Origin: Savagea faecisuis
Lineage (GTDB): Bacteria > Bacillota > Bacilli > Bacillales_A > Planococcaceae
Direction of reading: 5' to 3'
Length of the DNA: 24,000 bases
NCBI RefSeq assembly: GCF_042675605.1
Contig: NZ_JBHTJF010000025.1
Coordinates: 12,944-36,943 of the forward strand
The first letter of the stretch is position 1; the number at the start of each line of letters is the position of its first letter. Below are positions 19,288-24,000 of this stretch, piece by piece. A program made the position numbers and the translations under genes. The notes under the pieces are model-generated. The model was not told the DNA's origin. It ran no database searches and worked only from the letters and a program-made list of their open reading frames with translations.

Positions 19288-20166
19288 ATGACGAAAGAAT
19301 ATTATGAGGAAGTCGATGAAGCTGTTGGTCGTCAACAGCAACAACAGCAACCTGGAATTGAATGCGACATGGAACCAGCTCCGATTTTTGACAATGGAAC
19401 AAAAGGCGCTGGTCGCTTACGTGGCAAGAAAGCATTAATTACAGGAGGGGATAGCGGAATCGGGCGAGCTGTCGCATTAGCGTTTGCGAAAGAAGGAGCG
19501 GACCTTGCGATCGTCTACTTAGACGAAAGAGAACGTAAAGATGCGGAAGAAACGTTGCGTGCGGTGGAACCGTACGGGGTTCAAACGTATATGGAACAGT
19601 TGGACGTGAGTCGCGAAGAAAATAGTGCACCGCTCATTCAGCGTGTGCGTCAACAGCTGGGCGGATTAAATATTTTAGTTAATAATGCGGGAAAACAATT
19701 TCCACAATCGACAATCGCAGACATTTCAAGTGACCAACTGCATGAAACATTTGAAACGAACTTTTTTGGCTTGTTTTATGTGACGAAGGCAGCGGTTGCA
19801 GAGATGAAGCAAGGCGATGTCATATTGAATACGACATCGATTACTGCTTATAACGGTTCACCTGAACTGATGGATTATGCGGCGACGAAAGGAGCGATTA
19901 CCGCTTTTACTCGTTCGCTCGCTTTAAATCTCGTCGATCGAGGCATTCGTGTAAATGCCGTGGCGCCAGGACCGATTTGGACGCCTTTAATCCCTGCGAC
20001 ATTCGATTCGGAAAAAGTCGAACATCACGGGGAAGATACTCCGATGGAGCGACGAGGACAACCGGCGGAAGTTGCAGGAGCGTATGTCTTTTTAGCATCC
20101 GATGAAGCGAGTTATATGACGGGGCAAACGATTCATGTGAATGGCGGAGATTATACGAGTTCTTAA
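19288..20166 (+). CDS. SDR-family oxidoreductase (YghA / general stress SDR type)
   Basis: GKKALITGGDSGIGRAVALAFAKEGADLAI; LVNNAGKQFPQ; YAATKGAITAFTRSLA; ASDEASYMTGQTIHVNGG. Confidence 0.93.
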   Translation: MTKEYYEEVDEAVGRQQQQQQPGIECDMEPAPIFDNGTKGAGRLRGKKALITGGDSGIGRAVALAFAKEGADLAIVYLDERERKDAEETLRAVEPYGVQTYMEQLDVSREENSAPLIQRVRQQLGGLNILVNNAGKQFPQSTIADISSDQLHETFETNFFGLFYVTKAAVAEMKQGDVILNTTSITAYNGSPELMDYAATKGAITAFTRSLALNLVDRGIRVNAVAPGPIWTPLIPATFDSEKVEHHGEDTPMERRGQPAEVAGAYVFLASDEASYMTGQTIHVNGGDYTSS

Positions 20167-20249
20167 ATCGCGTGAATGATGTATTCCTGTTAGATCGATG
20201 AAAAAATAAACCGTTTGAATCTCTAGTTTTGATTCAAACGGTTCATTCG

Positions 20250-20429
20250 TTATTCAAGCTCTTTCGGGATGTGAATAATCGTTTCATTGGATAGTTTGTC
20301 CACTGCGTTCCATCGTTCCGCTGTCGTTTGTTTATCGAGTTCTGTCGAAAGGATAGTGGAAGCGGAATAGGCGTTAAACGTTAAAGCGAAAGCGCCGATG
20401 AGGATTAATGGTTTTAAGTGTGGCATCAT
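20250..20429 (-). CDS. Small secreted or membrane-anchored protein, unknown function
   Basis: SD GGAAGGAG then ATG on minus strand at 20429. MMPHLKPLILIGAFALTFNAYSASTILSTELDKQTTAERWNAVDKLSNETIIHIPKELE. Confidence 0.5.
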   Translation of the reverse strand: MMPHLKPLILIGAFALTFNAYSASTILSTELDKQTTAERWNAVDKLSNETIIHIPKELE

Positions 20430-20581
20430 GATTACTCCTTCCATTTCCTTTTTCTTCAATATACGTGGAATGGCTTGTGGAATCAAGAGAAGGGAGTCGT
20501 ACGCTTCATTATTTTTGACATCTCGTGTCAATGGCGTATCGTGTAAAGGGAAAGCTTAATTTTGAGAACGGAGGAATGAAA

Positions 20582-21595
20582 ATGAATGTAACAAATGAAC
20601 AAATTCAACTCGCACGACGTCCTGTCGGCACACCGGTGATGGAAGATTTTGCGTTTGTCGAAGCGCCGATTGCGTCACCTGAAGACGGCGAATTGCTTGT
20701 ACGCACGGTGTACGTGTCGGTCGATCCGTATTTGCGTGGTCGCATGCAAGATGCGAAGTCGTACATCCCACCTTTCCAGTTAGGTGAAGTGATCTCAAGC
20801 GGTGTCATTGCGCAAGTTGTCGAGTCTAAATCGGACCAATTCACAAAAGGAGACCTCGTCCTCGGCGCATTAGGGTGGCAACGTTATACGATTACACGTG
20901 CGGAAGCAGTGCGCAAAATTGATGCGTCAATCGAGCCCGTCACGCTTCACTTAAGCATGCTCGGGATGACGGGATTAACGGCTTATTTCGGATTGCTCGA
21001 TATCGGACAACCGAAAGAAGGCGAAACGGTCGTCGTCTCTGGAGCAGCTGGAGCGGTCGGTTCGACGGTCGGTCAAATCGCTAAAATTCACGGCGCGCGT
21101 GTTGTCGGCATCGCAGGAACAGCAGAAAAATGCGACTACTTAACCGAACAACTCGGTTTCGATGTGGCGATTAATTATAAAGAAGAAGAAGTGAAAGCTG
21201 CATTACGTGAAGCATGTCCAGACGGCATCGACGTATATTTCGATAACGTCGGGGGTACCATTTCGGATGCGGTATTCCCACTCCTCAACAAATTCGCTCG
21301 CATTCCTGTATGTGGCGCGATTTCGTCATACAATAACACGGAAGTCGAAATGGGCCCACGTGTCCAAACGGTACTCATTAAAACGAGCGCACTGATGAAA
21401 GGCTTCACAGTCGGCGACTACAGCGATCGCTACGGCGAAGGCTTAACAGCATTGACGACATGGTATAAAGAAGGCAAATTAAAATATGAAGAAACAATCA
21501 CAGAAGGATTCGACCACATCATCGACGCCTTCCTCGACCTCTTCAAAGGCGCCAACCTCGGCAAATCCATCGTCAAAGTCTCAGAGATTGAATAA
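20582..21595 (+). CDS. NADP-dependent MDR-family oxidoreductase (YfmJ/CurA-like)
   Basis: 337 aa; VSVDPYLRGRMQD, VVVSGAAGAVGSTVGQIAKIHGARVVGIAG, VYFDNVGG, CGAISSYN. Confidence 0.93.
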   Translation: MNVTNEQIQLARRPVGTPVMEDFAFVEAPIASPEDGELLVRTVYVSVDPYLRGRMQDAKSYIPPFQLGEVISSGVIAQVVESKSDQFTKGDLVLGALGWQRYTITRAEAVRKIDASIEPVTLHLSMLGMTGLTAYFGLLDIGQPKEGETVVVSGAAGAVGSTVGQIAKIHGARVVGIAGTAEKCDYLTEQLGFDVAINYKEEEVKAALREACPDGIDVYFDNVGGTISDAVFPLLNKFARIPVCGAISSYNNTEVEMGPRVQTVLIKTSALMKGFTVGDYSDRYGEGLTALTTWYKEGKLKYEETITEGFDHIIDAFLDLFKGANLGKSIVKVSEIE

Positions 21596-21653
21596 CCAAA
21601 ATCGCATTTTGTAGACGAAATGAAAGGTACATCATACAATAGGAACAACAGAA

Positions 21654-21699
21654 CCCACCACGCCTCTTTCCAATGCGTACCACGGTGGGATTTTTTATG
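21654..21699 (+). terminator. Terminator after MDR oxidoreductase
   Basis: CCCACCacgc...gcgtaccacGGTGGG followed by ATTTTTT. Confidence 0.7.
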
Positions 21700-21818
21700 T
21701 TTTAATAGCACTCAAAGCTATCATTACTTATATGTGAAAAACGTGTCTAATATGACCTTTTTTCGCATCTTTAAGTGACCGTATCAAGTCTTCGTGATAG
21801 GATAATGTTATATAGGTA

Positions 21819-23168
21819 CTCACAATGAGCATTTTTAGATACAAATTTTACCACATAAAAAGAAACGATAGCCACCCTATGCCACAAATAGCTCTTTTTT
21901 GATTTGGTCCAGTGATGTGCCTTCTTGCGCTTCGTTGTACACAAACTCAATGATGCCGCTGAATTGGGCGCGTCTCATTTGGTGAATCGCGACTGAAAAT
22001 GGCTGAAGCTGGAGCGCACCGATGAGTAAGTAAGCGAATTGAATTAATAGCCAGTAGCGGTAAATCGCCCGTTCATGACGCACTTGAACGCCTTGAAAGC
22101 CAAGGTAGCCTTTCACTTGTTTGAAGTACGTTTCAATCGCCCAGTGTTCACTGTAATAATCGAGAATTTGTTGGGTAGACAATTCGGTATCTGTGCTTAA
22201 AAAACAGCGTAAATGCTTGGTTTCCATCGGTTCATTCGCTGGCCAACAGAGGACGACCACACCGCAATCTAAATCGTTTAACGCACCTTCATAGCGGTAC
22301 ACACGGTACGTTTCTTGCCCGACCGTCACGATATCGGTTTCTTGTGCAGAAATGTGTGTCGCAAATTGTTTGACCTGTGTGCGAATGCCTGCTGGATAAA
22401 TGATGCGATTCGTTTTCAGCGCACCGATGACATGCATGCCTTGCCCAAATGCCGCTTCGATGAGTGCCTTTGACGTATACCAACTATCGCATAACACATA
22501 CGTTGGCTGGGTGGCTTGTGGTAAATCTTGAATGAAATCGACCGAGAGCTGGATTTTACTTTCATCCTTTTCTTTTTGAAAATGACGAAAATCATACGGA
22601 AACGCTTGTTCACCTGATTTCATCATCACCTGCAGCACTTGGTGTCCCCAAACGACCTTGCCTTCCGTGTGTGAAAAATGGAATCCGCAGCCCTGAATCG
22701 GGTGCTGTGCCTGTGACGAAGGCTTCTTTTTCTTGGCAAGCGTATCATCGAAGAGCCAAAATAACGGCTGCTTCGGATCAATTTGGCGACGCACATAGCG
22801 CTGACATTGTTGCTGTAAATAGCTCTCGTTCCAAGGACTTTTTTGAAGAAAGTGACTCAGCGTGGTGCGGTGTTTCGGATGATGGCTATACGCATGAATC
22901 TGCGTAAGTTTTCCTGTAAATCCGATGCTCGACATGCCATCGATAAAGTGCGTAAAATGACGCAAAACAGGCTTCGAAAAGTAAAATGGCAATTGCCAAT
23001 CAGAAAACCCTTTGTTGATTTTTTCATGATGTGATAAACTGTTCATCAGACAGACGCTCCTTTGGTGAATGGTGGTGTAGGAACTTTCATTTTACCTAAA
23101 GGCTGGCGTTCTGTCTTTTTCTATTTTATTATATGGTAATTATTTGAAGTGAATTTACTCATTGTGAG
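21819..23168 (-). mobile_element. Intact-looking IS element, about 1350 bp, IS4-superfamily (IS4/IS701-like)
   Basis: Matching terminal sequences CTCACAATGAG (21819-21829) and CTCATTGTGAG (23158-23168) flank the transposase ORF. Confidence 0.75.
21877..23046 (-). CDS. DDE transposase (IS4-superfamily)
   Basis: 389 aa; WLFDDTLAKKKK, YVLCDSWYTSKALIEAA, YYSEHWAIETYFKQVKGYLGFQGVQVR. Confidence 0.92.
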   Translation of the reverse strand: MNSLSHHEKINKGFSDWQLPFYFSKPVLRHFTHFIDGMSSIGFTGKLTQIHAYSHHPKHRTTLSHFLQKSPWNESYLQQQCQRYVRRQIDPKQPLFWLFDDTLAKKKKPSSQAQHPIQGCGFHFSHTEGKVVWGHQVLQVMMKSGEQAFPYDFRHFQKEKDESKIQLSVDFIQDLPQATQPTYVLCDSWYTSKALIEAAFGQGMHVIGALKTNRIIYPAGIRTQVKQFATHISAQETDIVTVGQETYRVYRYEGALNDLDCGVVVLCWPANEPMETKHLRCFLSTDTELSTQQILDYYSEHWAIETYFKQVKGYLGFQGVQVRHERAIYRYWLLIQFAYLLIGALQLQPFSVAIHQMRRAQFSGIIEFVYNEAQEGTSLDQIKKELFVA

Positions 23169-23214
23169 TTTCACAATGAATAAACCAATAGAAGTTCTAA
23201 AAGGTTACATTTAG

Positions 23215-23376
23215 GTGAGCGGACCAAGCACACAAGCCGCGAAGCCACGTTTTGAGCGTGTCTTCACGACTTGTCTTCGTACTTTGTGTAAGGTCTGCTC
23301 ACAAGTAGATCTAGCTCCTAATCTTTCGAATTATATGGGCGGCTTACAGTGGTAGGCCGCACTTTCTAAAATTAGG
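23215..23376. other. Structured intergenic element (two adjacent compound hairpins), unassigned
   Basis: GTGAGCgGACC...GGTCtGCTCAC (23215-23302) with inner ACAAG/CTTGT, GAAG/CTTC and CACG/CGTG. Then CCTAAT...ATTAGG (23317-23376) enclosing GCGGCTTAC-agtg-GTAGGCCGC (23339-23360). Confidence 0.6.
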
Positions 23377-23432
23377 CTATTCTTCTGTAACGTTTATACT
23401 TAAAGAATTGTTTAATAGAAGGTCTTTTTCAA

Positions 23433-24000
23433 TCACAATCGCTTTGAAATGTGGTCGATAATGGCTGTTGGTGTGATGCCATAGTTTGACTGTTCTTTCC
23501 CTAATTGTTCAGCGCTCGTTGCGTGATAGTAGCTAGCTGCCTGCATTGCTTCTAGTGGAGTGGCGCCTTGTGTAGTAAAAGATGTGAGAAGTCCTGTTAA
23601 TACATCTCCACTACCACCTTTTCCTAAAGCGTCATTTCCATAAGGGTTAATCCATAGTTTTCCTTCGGGTGTTGCAATAATTGAACGATGCCCTTTTAAT
23701 AACAAATACACTCCATATTTGACGGCGAATTGTTTTGCTACATCAATTCGGTTTTTCTCCACTTCTTTTACCGACACCCCTGTTAATGTCGCCATTTCTC
23801 CAGGATGAGGTGTTAAAATGATATCCCCTTCATAATCTTTCAATTTATGCAAATGGTTTTTAATAAAATAAAGTCCATCCGCATCGATAATAATTGTTTG
23901 ACGATTTAATTTGGATAGTAATGTTTCGCATATTTTTTCGCCGTCTACTTCACGACCAAGTCCTGGACCGAAAGCGATTACTTTAAATTTTGAAAAGTCT
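23433..24000 (-). CDS. nnrD: ADP-dependent (S)-NAD(P)H-hydrate dehydratase, 5'-truncated by window edge
   Basis: Reading frame is open to the window edge: FKVIAFGPGLGRE...IIIDADGLYF...ILTPHPGEMATLTG...VLLKGHRSIIATP...GNDALGKGGSGDVLTG. Confidence 0.93.
   Translation of the reverse strand, partial: DFSKFKVIAFGPGLGREVDGEKICETLLSKLNRQTIIIDADGLYFIKNHLHKLKDYEGDIILTPHPGEMATLTGVSVKEVEKNRIDVAKQFAVKYGVYLLLKGHRSIIATPEGKLWINPYGNDALGKGGSGDVLTGLLTSFTTQGATPLEAMQAASYYHATSAEQLGKEQSNYGITPTAIIDHISKRL

Overview
The window is a Bacillales-type (Exiguobacterium-like) chromosomal segment. Core genes flank an accessory region. Left core block: gpmI (partial), eno, secG, carboxylesterase, rnr, smpB and ssrA (tmRNA). 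Accessory block (about 6.8-15.7 kb): IS remnants, a BlaI/BlaR1-like pair plus a decayed second blaI, an XRE regulator with a small membrane protein, several decayed genes, and an intact 467-aa reverse transcriptase at 13800-15203 with a YCDD motif. Right block: SAM (S-box) riboswitch, yezD-like gene, metQ-metN-metI, an SDR, an MDR-type oxidoreductase, an IS4-superfamily element and partial nnrD. The main candidate is the RT, which resembles the defence-associated DRT2/UG2-type class. It has a structured ~275-nt leader preceded by an extended -10 promoter. That leader is a candidate template ncRNA and contains a stop-free stretch that could in principle encode a repetitive 'neo-like' product if reverse transcribed as a concatemer. 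The second tier of observations is: an uncharacterised structured intergenic element next to nnrD, a decayed segmental duplication around the met operon, and a BlaR1-like protein with an atypical C-terminal region. All family assignments come from reading the translations; no database search was run.
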